A stretch of 47,504 nt of DNA from Octopus bimaculoides (GCF_001194135.2 NC_068983.1:41629639-41677142); one strand, 5' to 3'. Shown: positions 23,331 to 36,450, counted from the stretch's first letter. Program-made: numbers and translations. Notes: generated from the letters alone by a model not told the origin.

Positions 23331-24370
23331 CATAGAGTTAGTAACATCCTCCAATCTCAGGTGTTGGTATATTAAGCACCACCAACCGTCTCTTACTTCA
23401 ATAAACATAACATTCCAAACACAAACCACTTATACTTTATTATAGACTTTCCCCAAATTTACGTAGTATTTACGAGATATTTTTCCCCACCTCTAAAATT
23501 TTATAACTTGAAAGTAAAGACGGCGTCGATAATAGGAAACTTCAAAACTTCAATCGAATGAAGAATTGCAAAAATGTTGAAGATCTCTGACCATGGAAAT
23601 GTTATGCAACCTGTCACTTGTAGATTATGGAATTATTGGTGGTGAAATGCCAACCTACCCAAATCAATGAAAAATTCACCTATTGACTTTCAAATCTGAT
23701 GGCAATTGTTGCTAGTACGGTTAACTAAATAATAATAAAATAATAACAACAACAGCAACGCTAGATTCTAAATTAACTTCACCGCTACATAGAATTTCAT
23801 CACACTCTCTTCAAGAAAAATTTAATCTCTGCGTTGTTTCCGGTTACTCCATGGTGTAAATGAGCTAAAATAGTGTCAACCACAAATTGAAACCATGTCG
23901 TGGAATCACCATTTTCTCTAGATTACTGGATATCTCTCCCTCAATCTAACTCTCTCTTGGAATTATTGAGAAGAGATCGTAGTTCCAAGCCACTAATCGA
24001 AAGGTTATCGAGACGTTCGAATTTCTGGCGTGACTTATGAACACACACACTCACACGACGGGCTTCCACGCAGTTCCTGTCTACCAAATTTAGTCATAAG
24101 GCATTGGTCAGCTCAGATCTCTTGTAGAAGACATTTACCAAGGTGTCACGCCTGGGGCCAAACCCGAAACCACGGAGGTGCACAAAGCCTGGTTGTTTTT
24201 GATTCGCCACACAACTTCTATATCTTAGAGAAGTTTATAGGGATTGATATCATGTTGTAGCATAGATGAAATGATTGGCTTCACTCTGGAAATGAAACTA
24301 TCGCTGCAGGTAGAAAATAATATTGGAGAATGAAGAAATTCAGCAGTTAGACATCGGCTTGGTAAGATAA

Positions 24371-24780
24371 AACAGCAAGTTGGCAGAAACGTTAGTGCGC
24401 CGGGAGAAATGCTTAGCGGTATTTCGCCCGTCGCTACGTTCTGAGTTCAAAATCCGCCGAGGTCGACTTTGCCGTACGTCCTTTTCGGGGTCGATAAATG
24501 AAGTACCAGTTACGCACTGGGGTCAATCTAATTGACTGGCCCATTCCCCAAAATTTCGGGCCTTGTGCCTAGAGTAGAAAAGAATCGTTAGCACGCTGGG
24601 CAAAATGCTTAGCGGCATTTCGTCTGTCTTCATGTTCTGAGTTCGAATTTCACCGAGGTCAGCTTTACCTTTCATCCTTTCGGGGTCGATAAAATAAGTA
24701 TCAACTGGGTGCTGGTGTCGATGTAATCGACTTACCGCCTCCCCGAAAGTGCTGGCCTTGTGCCACAATTTGAAACCAGT
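24371..24780 (+). mobile_element. Tandem SINE-C dimer
   Basis: The second head (aatcgttagcacgctgggc) starts directly at the first tail's gtagaaaag. Confidence 0.88.
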
Positions 24781-25134
24781 ATATCTTGGTAAGAGTCGAG
24801 TTTCCTGCCTGAAGTACTGTGCTGGTCTTGTTTCCAAGGTATCCAGCTGTAAGTTAAGTACTAAGACAATTAGATCATTCACTGTCTCTCACAGAAAGTG
24901 ACCTAATTGTCCCCTCCTCCTTAGGGGCTGGAGGAATATAAGAAGGTAAAATGGGAAAAAGACGGAAAGTATGTGGCGGTGGGAAGGAGAGAGAAAATCA
25001 ATTATCATTAAACTTTTGTATTTATTTGTGCGCGCGCACAACACGCACTTATTTGCAGAACGAAAATATTATACGGAGAATAAAAGTAGTTAATGCTGTA
25101 ATATGAAATGTATGTCCCACTATCGCGTGACAAT

Positions 25135-25310
25135 TGCTGTTGGTGTGTTTATGTCCCCGTAACTTAGCGGTTCGGCAAAAGAGCGCGATAGAATAAATAG
25201 CAGGCTTTAAAAATTAAGTACTGGGGTCGATTCATTCGACTAAAAAAATCTTCCAGGCGATGCCCCAGCATGGTCGCTGTCTAATGACTGAAACAAGTGA
25301 AAGATAAGAG
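25135..25310 (+). mobile_element. SINE-A 3' half alone
   Basis: gtgtttatgtccccgtaacttagcggttcggcaaaagag...gccccagcatggtcgctgtctaatgactgaaacaag. Confidence 0.8.
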
Positions 25311-25980
25311 ACATATACGTACGCTGTGTGCGTCTATTCGCGTGTTCTTTTTTTTTTATTTGTTTATTTTCTATAGTTACTAATTACGATATAGTTGTTG
25401 GCTGTTGGTATTTTATGTTTATAATGTTTAATTGACAACCACCATCGAGTAATTGGATGACACATACACACACAAACACACACTTCAAAGTTAACAAGAG
25501 TTCCGTCAGAAATGCTAATTGTTTCACAAGAGATTTCTCTTTCGCATAAATTCTTGCATATTCTTTTGCAGCCCCTCCCCCTTCTTCCCCCTTCTTCTTC
25601 CCCCCTCTNNNNNNNNNNNNNNNNNNNNNNNNNNNNTCTTCTTCCCCCTTCTTCTTCCCCCTCCATCTCCGCATTGGATCCAATTGAAAGTTCATTACTT
25701 CTAATTAACAAGGCAGTAAGTTGGAAGCCATTAGCAAGTCGGACAAAATATTTGACAGCATTTCTTCCGGCCCTTTCCGTTCGGATTTCAAATTTCACCA
25801 ATGTGGGTTTTCCTTCCCACCCTTTTGGGGGCTTAATAAAACTTAGTACCACGCAACCACACAAGTCCTGGGGTCGATTTGTCCCTCCCTTAAAATCGTT
25901 GGTCATATGCATCAAAATATGAAGTCATTATTTCTCATTAATTATTAATCTTGTTAAGCGCACAACCGCTAATTATATAT

Positions 25981-26360
25981 TCTTTTATTCTTTTACTTGT
26001 TTGTCGACTGCGGCCATGCTGGGGCACCGCCTTTAATCGAACAAATTGACCACAAGACTTATTCTTTGTAAGCCCGGTACTTATTCTATCTGGTACTTTA
26101 GCCGAACCGCTAAGTTTCGGGGACGTAAACACACCAACATGGGGTTATAAAGCGATGGTGGGGCACACGCACACGCACGCACGCACGCACGCACATATGT
26201 ACGACGGGTTTCTTACAGTTTCCGCCTAACAAATTCACTCGCAAGGTTTTGATCGACCCGAGACTATAGTAGAAAATACCTACCCAAGGTGCCACGCATT
26301 GGGACTGAACCCGGAACCATGTGGTTGGGAAGCAAGCTTCTTACCACACAGCCACTCCTG
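25981..26360 (-). mobile_element. Full-length bipartite SINE-A with internal (GCAC)n spacer
   Basis: 5' half at about 26200-26360, microsatellite spacer at about 26160-26198, 3' half at 25981-26150. Confidence 0.88.
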
Positions 26361-26550
26361 CATACACACACATGTATATATTGTGTTCATTTACTATTAA
26401 AACAATGTTCACAAAAGTATAGAGTAATCTATTTGATTACAGTACAAACTCAGTATTGGTAACTTCGAAGTCTGGGCTAGCTAAGGCCCAACAGTGGCTT
26501 AACTTTCCGAAACTTTGAAGCGACTGTCAACAATATTCTTGTTTAAGAAT

Positions 26551-26599
<49 letters not shown>

Positions 26600-27765
26600 A
26601 TAAGAGTGAAAAAACTACAGAAGGCTTGTGTTACATGGTTAAAGTATATATTTAAATTATGTCAGAAAAATGTTATAAAATCTTTTTGGTATATAAACNN
26701 NNNNNNNNNNNNNNNNNNNNNNNNNNNNNNNNNNNNNNNNNNNNNNNNNNNNNNNNNNNNNNNNNNNNNNNNNNNNNNNNNNNNNNNNNNNNNNNNNNNN
26801 NNNNNNNNNNNNNNNNNNNNNNNNNNNNNNNNNNNNNNNNNNNNNNNNNNNNNNNNNNNNNNNNNNNNNNNNNNNNNNNNNNNNNNNNNNNNNNNNNNNN
26901 NNNNNNNNNNNNNNNNNNNNNNNNNNNNNNNNNNNNNNNNNNNNNNNNNNNNNNNNNNNNNNNNNNNNNNNNNNNNNNNNNNNNNNNNNNNNNNNNNNNN
27001 NNNNNNNNNNNNNNNNNNNNNNNNNNNNNNNNNNNNNNNNNNCCTCATCACCGGCCAAACATCTTCGCCTCTCAGTTTTGACCATTGTGTTCCAGATGCG
27101 TTGTTTGTATTTACGCGCGTGCCTTCTTTATAGGTTTGTGTTAGTCTTGAAAGATGCACTCAGGTTTACAGGCCACACACATACACACACACACACACAC
27201 ACCCTGTATACTCGTGCAACACGCATACACGCACGATATCAAAGGCGGGAAATTGATCGTAAATTGAAAAGCAGCCAAAACCTATTGAAGCTAAACGGTT
27301 AATAATTTGTACGTTGTGAGTTGGTATGGAGAGGCATGAGGCAAGCATTTTCTCTATAGCCTTTGCTGTATAAATAGGTTGTTGTCACTGTGGCTGTTAG
27401 CTGTCGCCGCTGTCATAACCACTACCATCATCATCATCATCACCACCACCACCACCACCTCTATACCGAACACCGTTTTCGATATTACTTCGTATTCTTA
27501 AAGCGCGCAGGTTAAACATTTATTAATCAATAAATACTTTTGAAACGTCTGTCTGTAAAAAGAAATGTTAGTTTACCTTACCATTCACTACTACCATCTC
27601 TTCATACCGAACCCGTCGCTACGCTGGTATATTTTCGCCATTATTATAATCCCCACCGACCAATGAGAAAGCTTTTAGGTTATTGCTTGATCCTCTCGAA
27701 ACAGCAGCCGAATCTGCCTCAAGTCTCACCTGAATTTCTTACCATGGAAAATGTTATTTTGCATC

Positions 27766-27850
27766 CAGTGACTCTCAACCATTTTTTTCCCTATGGACCC
27801 CTTTGATTTTTATTTTAATTTGATGGACCCTCGTAGCCGTGATGTTTTTA
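27766..27850 (+). mobile_element. hAT-Charlie-like MITE left end
   Basis: cagtgactctcaaccatttttttccctatggacccc resembles the CAGTG.TTCTCAACC Charlie termini; no right end was found. Confidence 0.45.
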
Positions 27851-27960
27851 AAAAAATCATGTGAGATTTTTATGATTAAATGTTATTAGGAAGTAGCTGG
27901 CCCCGTGCCGTCAAAAACGACGGCTGATTGTAGTATTATACATATATAAATACGGATGGA

Positions 27961-28331
27961 GTGGAGGCGCAATGGCCCAGTGGTTAGGGTAGCGGACTCG
28001 CGGTTTCGATTCCCAGACCGGGCGTTGTGAGTGTTTATTGAGCGAAAACACCTAAAGCTCCACGAGGCTCCGGCAGGGGATGGTGGCGAACCCTGCTGTA
28101 CTCTTTCACCACAACTTTCTCTCACCCTTACTTCCTGTTTCTGTTGTGCCTGTAATTCAATGGGTCAGCCTTGTCACACTGTGTCACGCTGAATCTCCCC
28201 CGAGAACTACGTTAAGGGTATACGTGTCTGTGGAGTGCTCAGCCACTTGCACGTTAATTTCACGAGCAGGCTGTTCTGTTGATCGGATCAACTGGAACAC
28301 TCGACGTCGTAAGCGACGGAGTGCCAACAAC
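27961..28331 (+). mobile_element. Full-length SINE-B flanked by a 65-bp direct repeat
   Basis: 27895-27959 and 28332-28396 match at 61/65 positions by eye. Confidence 0.92.
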
Positions 28332-29174
28332 AGCTGGCCCCGTGCCGTAAAAAACGACGGCTGATTGTAGTATTCTATATATATAAATATGGATGGTAAA
28401 TCAGATTAATACACTTGTCAATGTTATCTAGTGGTTGTTTTTAGAGATGCGACATCGATCATCGTTTGTTACTGAAAGAACACTGGTTCACACATACAAA
28501 CATTCACATACTTTCCTTGTACACACACACACACACATACACAGTTGAAACGCTGTTTGATTTTTCTTTCCAATGTTCACCATCCCACTTCCATTGCACA
28601 CACACACACACATTTGAAACGTTCTCGCTACCAGTTTACCATCGCCGCTTCCTTCCTTATTCTTCTATCACCCCTTCCTTTCTCATTCTTCTATCACCCC
28701 TTCCTTTCTCATTCATATGTTGTGATAGAAAAGATACGAGAGTATTGTTATAATAGATTGTATTTTTTAAAAACCGTTTAACTATTTTGTGCACTGTAGA
28801 AGTATACCCAAGATATTGTACATGAATTTTAACACTAGAATCTTATGGGAATAAAGAATCATATGAACTCCGGTTGAGAACCGTTATTTTGGTTCATGTA
28901 GTCATGTAGTCATAAGACCAATAGAATAAGTGCTAGGCTTTCAAAGAATAAATGCTGGGGTCGATTTGTTCGACTAAAGGCGGTGCTCCAGCATGGCTGC
29001 AGTCAAATGACTAAAAGAATAAAAAAATAAGTGTGTAGATGCTTTGTCCTAATTTTTTTCATTTATATTGGAATTCACGTTTTGCTTGACCGACCTCGAC
29101 TCGATCGTAGTTAATCTGAGAAACTGCCGCTACTACTACTACTGCTACTACTATCACCATGATTGCTATCAGTA

Positions 29175-29503
29175 ATAATAGTTTCAAATTTTGGCACAAG
29201 GCCAGCAATTGGGAGTAAATCAATCGTATCGACTCCAGTGGTCGACTGGTACTTATTTTATCGTTCTGGTCTGGATGAAAAACAAAGTCGACCAATGCAG
29301 AACACGCTGGACAAAATGCTAAGCGGCATTTCGTACGCCTTTACTTTGTGAGTTCAAATACCGCCGGCGTCGACTTTGCCTTTTATCTTTTGAGGGTCAA
29401 TAAAATAATTACCAGTCGTGTAATGGAGTCGATGTAATCGATTCATTCCCCCCTCTCCTTGCTGCGCCGAACTTGCTGGCCTTGTGCCAAAATTTGAAAC
29501 CAA
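29175..29503. mobile_element. Head-to-head SINE-C pair (minus 29175-29295, plus 29300-29503)
   Basis: tttcaaattttggcacaaggccagc...aaagtcgac on the left mirrors gtcgactttgcc...gctggccttgtgccaaaatttgaaac on the right. Confidence 0.75.
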
Positions 29504-29616
29504 TAAACCGCATCACTGCTGACAAATCATATACCAATTGTAAAACAATCCATTGCTCTCACCATTATCACAATTACTCCCCTCTTCCTCCTGCTGCTGC
29601 TGCTGCNNNNNNNNNN

Positions 29617-29651
<35 letters not shown>

Positions 29652-30279
29652 TGTTTATAGAATCAACCAATCAACCAGCCACCGAAGTCAGCTCATTCGT
29701 TCTTTTGTCTGAAAATAATCGCTGACGCACGATATGCCGAAGGGTTTCCTTCATACAGACATTCCTACAATAATTAAGTTAACTTTCTTAAGACATTTTT
29801 GCCAATCAAATCATTCCGCGCACCTGTTTCTCTTCCACCATCGTCTTTATCTCACCACCAGCATGTTCGCATTTTGATCTCTTCTCGTTCTGTGTTAAAA
29901 TAGCTTTTTTTGTTTTTCTTTTCTTTTCTTTTTTTTTTAAAAGAAAGACAAAAATTTAGTGTTTGTTTTGTCTTTACGTTTCTCAATTACTTGGCCGTTT
30001 CTTACCTTGTTAAAACAAGTATACGTATGTCGTCACATTCACCTCTCGTTAATTTTCTCGATGTTCTCCTGTCATTGGACTGATTAGAGCGTTATGGGTC
30101 CACCTTCTTCAAGTAAGATTCTTGACTGCACAATTACGTCTGTAGGTTGTACGAAGTGTGCGTAAGCAGAGATGTATACTGCACCGGTAAGTTGCTTGTA
30201 TGGATTACATTTATAGAGCGATGTCATTACTGTAATTATCGAATACAGAAACATATGTAAGAAATGTAATAATGGGACG

Positions 30280-30700
30280 TTTAGCAGCATTTCGACCGTT
30301 CTAACGATCTGAGTTCAAATTCCGCCGAGGTCGACTTTGCCTTTCATCCTTTTAAGGTCGATAAAATAAGTACCAGTTGAGCATTGGGTTAGGTGTATTC
30401 GAATAGACCCCTTCCTCGAACTTGCTCGCTTTTGGCTAATATTTAGCTAACTTGTCAAGCTAGCATTGTTGAAAGACATAACATAGATTGCTGTAAGGCG
30501 GCGATATGGCAGAATCGTTTGCACGCCGGGCGACATGCTTCGCGGTATTTCGGTTGTCTTTACGTTCTGAGTTCAAATTCCGCCGAGGTAGACTTTGCCT
30601 TTCATCTTTTCGGGGTCGATAAATTTAGTACCAGTTGCGTAATCGACGGGCCCCTTCCCCCAAAATTTCGAGCCTTGTGTCTTGAGTAGAAAAGATTAGA
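30280..30700 (+). mobile_element. Two tandem SINE-C copies
   Basis: Two gagttcaaattccgccgagg(t)cgactttgcctttcatc blocks at about 30310 and 30570. Confidence 0.85.
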
Positions 30701-31319
30701 AAGATTGCCGTGTGTGTGTGTGTACATACATACAGGAACACTATGTATGTGTGTATGTATGAATGGATATATATGTACGAAAGCTGCACCAGCAAAAATG
30801 TCGAGTGCGTGATCGGTGACTGACGGAAAAGAATTCTTCCCCTTTTCCCCCGCACCAACGTCGTCACTAACATTCCAAGCGCGGCAGATGTCCCGCCATT
30901 CNNNNNNNNNNNNNNNNNNNNNNNNNNNNNNNNNNNNNNNNNNNNNNNNNNNNNNNNNNNNNNNNNNNNNNNNNNNNNNNNNNNNNNNNNNNNNNNNNNN
31001 NNNNNNNNNNNNNNNNNNNNNNNNNNNNNNNNNNNNNNNNNNNNNNNNNNNNNNNNNNNNNNNNNNNNNNNNNNNNNNNNNNNNNNNNNNNNNNNNNNNN
31101 NNNNNNNNNNNNNNNNNNNNNNNNNNNNNNNNNNNNNNNNNNNNNNNNNNNNNNNNNNNNNNACCAACCCTAGTCTTCCTCTCCTTTTCTCTCTCTCACA
31201 ATTGTTCTCTCTTTTTCTTTTATACTGTTATCATTATTTTCCTAACACACCGTCTTCCCGCCAGCCCGCTCCTTCGTTCGATCGATAGATATTATATTCT
31301 TTCATACAGACACCGCGTG

Positions 31320-31363
<44 letters not shown>

Positions 31364-32599
31364 CACAGACAATTATATGTATTTGTATATACTACACATT
31401 ATCTAGTGCATTCCCGCAAACTCGACAGAAAAACAAAGCAAAACAAAAAAAAGAATTAAACACAATATTATTGGTTAACATCCAGTCAAAAGAGCGCTTA
31501 CAGTTTATCCCTCGTTTTCCTGTCTGTCTGTCCGTCCGTCCGCCCGTCTATCTGTCTGTCTCTTCCCCATCACCCTACATTTTTCGCTGTATTCTCCGTA
31601 ACACATTTCCAACCTTTTCTCTTTCCTTCCCCTCCGCCATTATTCGTTCGTTAGATGCTATATGCGTTGCTTATTGCCTTGCATCAAGTCAATAAACTGA
31701 CGTATACAATTAAGCGAAAAATACAACACAAACACACACACACACACACACTGAAGGAATGTGTATGTGTGTGTGTCTGTGTGTGAGAGGGAGAGAGCGA
31801 CAGAGATGCGTGTGTGTTTCTGCTTGCTTATTGCCAGCAGCAAATGATTGCCAATACGAGAATGAACGCATGCTTGCATGTATCGAATTGTGTGAATGTA
31901 GCTAAGCTGTGCAGCGGAGACTGTTAGAGTGACAGAAAGGCTGATCGATAACAGATAGCTAGTTGATTGGTCGCATTAACAGACTGTTTAGGGAAACGGT
32001 GGAGGAAGGTCGGTGCCAGGCCAGATTAACCACTAAACAAAAATTCTCGTGTTACCCAAGGCATCAAAAGGAAATGAAAACGCCATTTTTTTCTTGTCCC
32101 TTTAACGGATTTACATTTCTGTAAATTAGTAAATAATATTATTTTCTGAATAAAATTCATAAAATGTTATTGAAAATTTGCATTTCTCCTCTCGTTACTC
32201 TCTAGTTCGGCGTTTCCCAACCGGGCTTCCCCGTGACCCTTTGGATTCCGTGAGAAAGAGTGAGATAAGCTAACGCTAATTTCATGATCGCAGTATTACT
32301 ATACATGCACATATTGTTTGGTTATTGTAATATAGACATCATCCTATCTAACCTATTATGTTAAAAAAAAATAACAATCGTGTGTGTGTGTGTGTAAATC
32401 GCGTATATATATAAACCGACCCGAGGACTTGTTCTTTGTAAGTCTAGTACTTGTTCTATCGGTCTCTTTGGCCGAACCGCTAAGTTTCGGGGACGCAACT
32501 ACACCAGCGGAACAAACTGACATAAATACACATATATATATATTCGAAAATGTAGCCACATGTGGACAGTTAGCAATTTTTTCCTTCCGTCTTCCTTTT

Positions 32600-32764
32600 C
32601 TCATGGACTTTCCTCTCTCTCTTTCTCTCTTGTTTCTGAAGAAGAGCTTTGCTCGAAACGTAAAACACCGTTTCTTTCCTTCTTTGAGTGTCTTTATACT
32701 TTACATGAGTCATGTCCTCCCGTTGTTGTTCATGTCTTGTCTTTTGTTTTCCGTTTTCTTTTTT
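32600..32764 (+). mobile_element. Penelope-type LTR-like element containing the hammerhead motif
   Basis: Homologous to 11345-11480; it resumes (taaaatttcata) after the MITE at 33481. Confidence 0.65.
32631..32667 (+). ncRNA. Minimal type-I hammerhead ribozyme motif (Penelope-type)
   Basis: TGTTT-CTGAAGA-A-GAGC(TTT)GCTC-GAAAC-GT-A-AAACA: stem I TGTTT/AAACA, full core CUGANGA and GAAA, 4-bp stem II, palindromic ACGU stem III, GUA cleavage triplet. Confidence 0.75.
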
Positions 32765-33474
32765 GGATCTTTTTTAAAACGGGGGCCACATTTTTCATTA
32801 ATGTTTTACGTAGTGTTTTTGGGACCGAAAGACTTTCAAACTTCGTATACTTATCTATTTTGTGTTATAGAACAGAAAAATATTTTTGTATTCGGATTTA
32901 TTTCATGTAAAAAATTGTCTTATTTTGATAATTTCAACCAATCACTGACAAGTATTCAGTTGTTTATANNNNNNNNNNNNNNNNNNNNNNNNNNNNNNNN
33001 NNNNNNNNNNNNNNNNNNNNNNNNNNNNNNNNNNNNNNNNNNNNNNNNNNNNNNNNNNNNNNNNNNNNNNNNNNNNNNNNNNNNNNNNNNNNNNNNNNNN
33101 NNNNNNNNNNNNNNNNNNNNNNNNNNNNNNNNNNNNNNNNNNNNNNNNNNNNNNNNNNNNNNNNNNNNNNNNNNNNNNNNNNNNNNNNNNNNNNNNNNNN
33201 NNNNNNNNNNNNNNNNNNNNNNNNNNNNNNNNNNNNNNNNNNNNNNNNNNNNNNNNNNNNNNNNNNNNNNNNNNNNNNNNNNNNNNNNNNNNNNNNNNNN
33301 NNNNNNNNNNNNNNNNNNNNNNNNNNNNNNNNNNACATGGAATAACTTATGGATTTCTTTTTTTTTTTAAAGAAGGCTAAGAGAAAAAGATGTTTTATAT
33401 GACACATACTACCAGTGTTCCAAGTTTCAGTGTTTCGTTAATGAAAAATGTGGCCCCCGTTTTAAAAAAGATCC
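32765..33474. mobile_element. MITE with perfect 37-bp terminal inverted repeats, superfamily unassigned
   Basis: ggatcttttttaaaacgggggccacatttttcattaa (32765-32801) is the exact reverse complement of 33438-33474. T6 flanks both sides and the centre is a gap. Confidence 0.8.
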
Positions 33475-35034
33475 TTTTTTTAAAATTTCATATTATTAAC
33501 TGGAGTCGACTTGTTCGACTAAAAAAAAAAAAAGCGGTGCTCCAGCATGGCCGCAGTCAAATGACTGAATCAAAGTAAAAGAATATATTTATATATTTTT
33601 AAGATTCAGTAACAACTTTGAATGTTTGTTTTTTCTTTCATTCAAAATTTTGTAACTTGCACATCCAGCGTGTACAGATATGTATAAAGAGGTGTAGGCG
33701 GAAAAGAATACAGACGTACACATATACATACGTGTGTATGTATGTGTGCGTGCGTACACATATATGTATATATACATAATATATACACACATATGTATAT
33801 CTAATATATACATATGCGCAGTTTCAGTGTTATGTCAGGCTGACCTTGTATTTGATTAGCTGCATTTGTTTATTGTGATATATTTATTTATATATTTGTA
33901 TAAGTGAGTTTGCCGAAATTTCTCGAGAATTTAAATTATATAAGTCTTGAAGTCTCGGTGCTGGGTGTTGTCGTGAACAAACAACTTCACGCCATCCACC
34001 ACACCGTCCATACTCAGTAAAAAGCAGATAGTTTTTTTTCTAAACTGGCGTTCGTTTTCTTTTTCTTCTACCACTCTATCCTTTATTTGTTTACTTATTT
34101 AATTAGTTAATCTTTCTAGCTATCGACCCCACGTTTCAGTTTTCGAAAATTTGCTTGCTCAAAAGAGTAACCAGTTTTCTTTTAATAAACCTTTCAATGT
34201 TGGAAAGCCTACGAAACCAGGAATTGAAGAAGACTATCCGTTGTTAATAATGGGTGGTTTATTTGTCTGGTTTGATAAAAGGCGATTGAGTTAAAAGTAG
34301 AAACTGAAGTATGTCGATGTACCGTGAGGAAGAAACAAGTTTGCTTCCGACTTCACAATAACATAAAAATTCCTTGGAACATGTCAGAGTTTGTGCTTAT
34401 TTGTTGAAAAATATAATATAAACCCCATTGTATCGACCCCTGTATATTTTCGGTAACTTTTGGTTAAGTCTTCTGGATTTGAACTGAAGCGTGGCAGAAC
34501 ACATGTGAATTTATATTTTCTAACAAATTTAAAAGTTGCGATATCTGAAAGATCAAACGAACTGGCGAAATGTAACTAGAGGTAACTCTGCGCGGTGTAG
34601 AGCGTCGGACACTCTATCGAGTCTACCCTTTTATCAATTCGAAATTTAGAACACATAAGTTGTATGGAACTTTTTAAATTTCTTTGGTCTACTTGAAGTA
34701 TTTCAAATATTCATCAGATTATTTTTTTTAAGACATTTAGTTTTGATATAGTTTTGCATATTGGTGACGAAAATCACATTTTGTTTTTCTAGAAATTAAT
34801 AATAAAAAGTATGTTATGAGCATTTGAAGTTATGTGATTTTAGCCAATCAGAAGCCTCTGATCTGGTGACAATTTGAAATATATAAAGTGATTGCGTGAA
34901 TTTAACAAGATCCGGTTGTATAGTTTAGTAGAGTGGGTGGGGACTTGCAATATGTAACTTTGAAATACCACATAAATATCTTTACGATGAGAGGAAAAAT
35001 GACTTGTTGGAAGATTTGTTGTATCTTTCAATTC

Positions 35035-35250
35035 TTCCTAATTTTGGCACAAGACGAGACCAGACATTTTTGGGGAAGGAGCAAATGGATTACAATGACC
35101 CAAGCACTTGACTGGTACCTTATTTTATCGACCCCGACAGGAATGAGAAGTGAAGTTAACTTCGCTGGGATTTGCACTTGGAACGCAAAGAGCCGAAAGA
35201 AATAGTGCTGTGCGTTTGATCCGATATGCTAATGATTCTATCAGTTTCTA
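35035..35250 (-). mobile_element. Old SINE-C
   Basis: aattttggcacaag...actggtaccttattttatcgaccccgacagg... Confidence 0.65.
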
Positions 35251-35511
35251 CAGGATTTTTATTCACACCTTAGCTTTAAAAAAAAATTTTTTTATCTCCG
35301 TCCCAAAAGAATAAAAGGTTAAGTTAACCTCAGCGTGATTTGAACGCAGAACTTTAAAGGTCGTCATTAATACCATATGCATTTTTTAAAGTAAAATTTT
35401 NNNNNNNNNNNNNNNNNNNNNNNNNNNNNNNNNNNNNNNNNNNNNNNNNNNNNNNNNNNNNNNNNNNNNNNNNNNNNNNNNNNNNNNNNNNNNNNNNNNN
35501 NNNNNNNNNNN

Positions 35512-35642
35512 GAGTGGGCTGTGTGGTAAGTAGCTTGCTTACCAACCACATGGTTCCGGGTTCAGTCCCACTGCGTGGCACCTTGGGCCGACCAAAGCCT
35601 TGTGAGTGGATTTGGTAGACGGAAACTGAAAGAAGCCCGTCG

Positions 35643-35678
<36 letters not shown>

Positions 35679-35882
35679 TTGTGTCTGTGTTTGTCCCCCT
35701 AGCATTGCTTGACAACTGATGCTGGTGTGTTTTTGTCCCCGTCACTTAGCGTTTCGGCAAAGAGAGACCGATAGAATAAGTACTGGGCTTACAAAGAATA
35801 AGTCCCGGGGTCGATTTGCTCGACTAAAGGCGGTGCTCCAGCATGGCCGCAGTCGAATGACTGAAACAAGTAAAAGAGTAAA
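35512..35882 (+). mobile_element. Full-length bipartite SINE-A with internal (AT)n spacer
   Basis: 5' half, then (AT)n at about 35643-35678, then 3' half ending ggtgctccagcatggccgcagtcgaatgactgaaacaagtaaaagag. A short tail duplicate follows at about 35905-35945. Confidence 0.9.
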
Positions 35883-36364
35883 TCTACTTGTTCAGCGCCA
35901 GTTTTGGCGGTGCTCCAACATGGCCGCAGTCAAATGACTCAAACAAACAACAGAATATGAGACAAAAGGGAAGTAAACGGAAATGGTTTTACCAAGAATT
36001 CTTAGCAGAGAATTTTCAGGATGGAATTCGCAGAGAGACATTACCCCTTACTCTTTTCCTCCGCTATAAGTCTTATGATTGCTTACTTTCATAGCACTTC
36101 TATTAAAAAGTAGATTCGGCACTGTTGCATGCAGTTATCCAAATTAACTTCAAGATATTTACAATATTTACAACATCCTTTCAGTTATAGAGATTCGAGA
36201 AAGAATTGAATAAAAAATAAATAAATAAGAAATTTCAATATCGCAAGACTTTGCTATTAGTTTCTTATGTTGAAAATGTTAAACATTGCACTATGTATGT
36301 ACTGCCGTTAGCTGTACACACCACACTCGCTACCCTACTACCTGTGTGTGTATATAATGTTTGC

Positions 36365-36368
<4 letters not shown>

Positions 36369-36447
<79 letters not shown>
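36369..36447. repeat. (CA)n microsatellite
   Basis: Uninterrupted CA tract. Confidence 0.95.

Positions 36448-36450
<3 letters not shown>

Noticed and set aside
30146-30186. Possible 41-nt exon (tgtag|...|gtaagt)
   Set aside because: Weak polypyrimidine tract, no recognisable peptide and no neighbouring exons.
34575-34930. Possible Helitron-like non-autonomous element
   Set aside because: Only a vague resemblance of the ends; no clear terminal hairpin-CTRR or A|T insertion site could be established.
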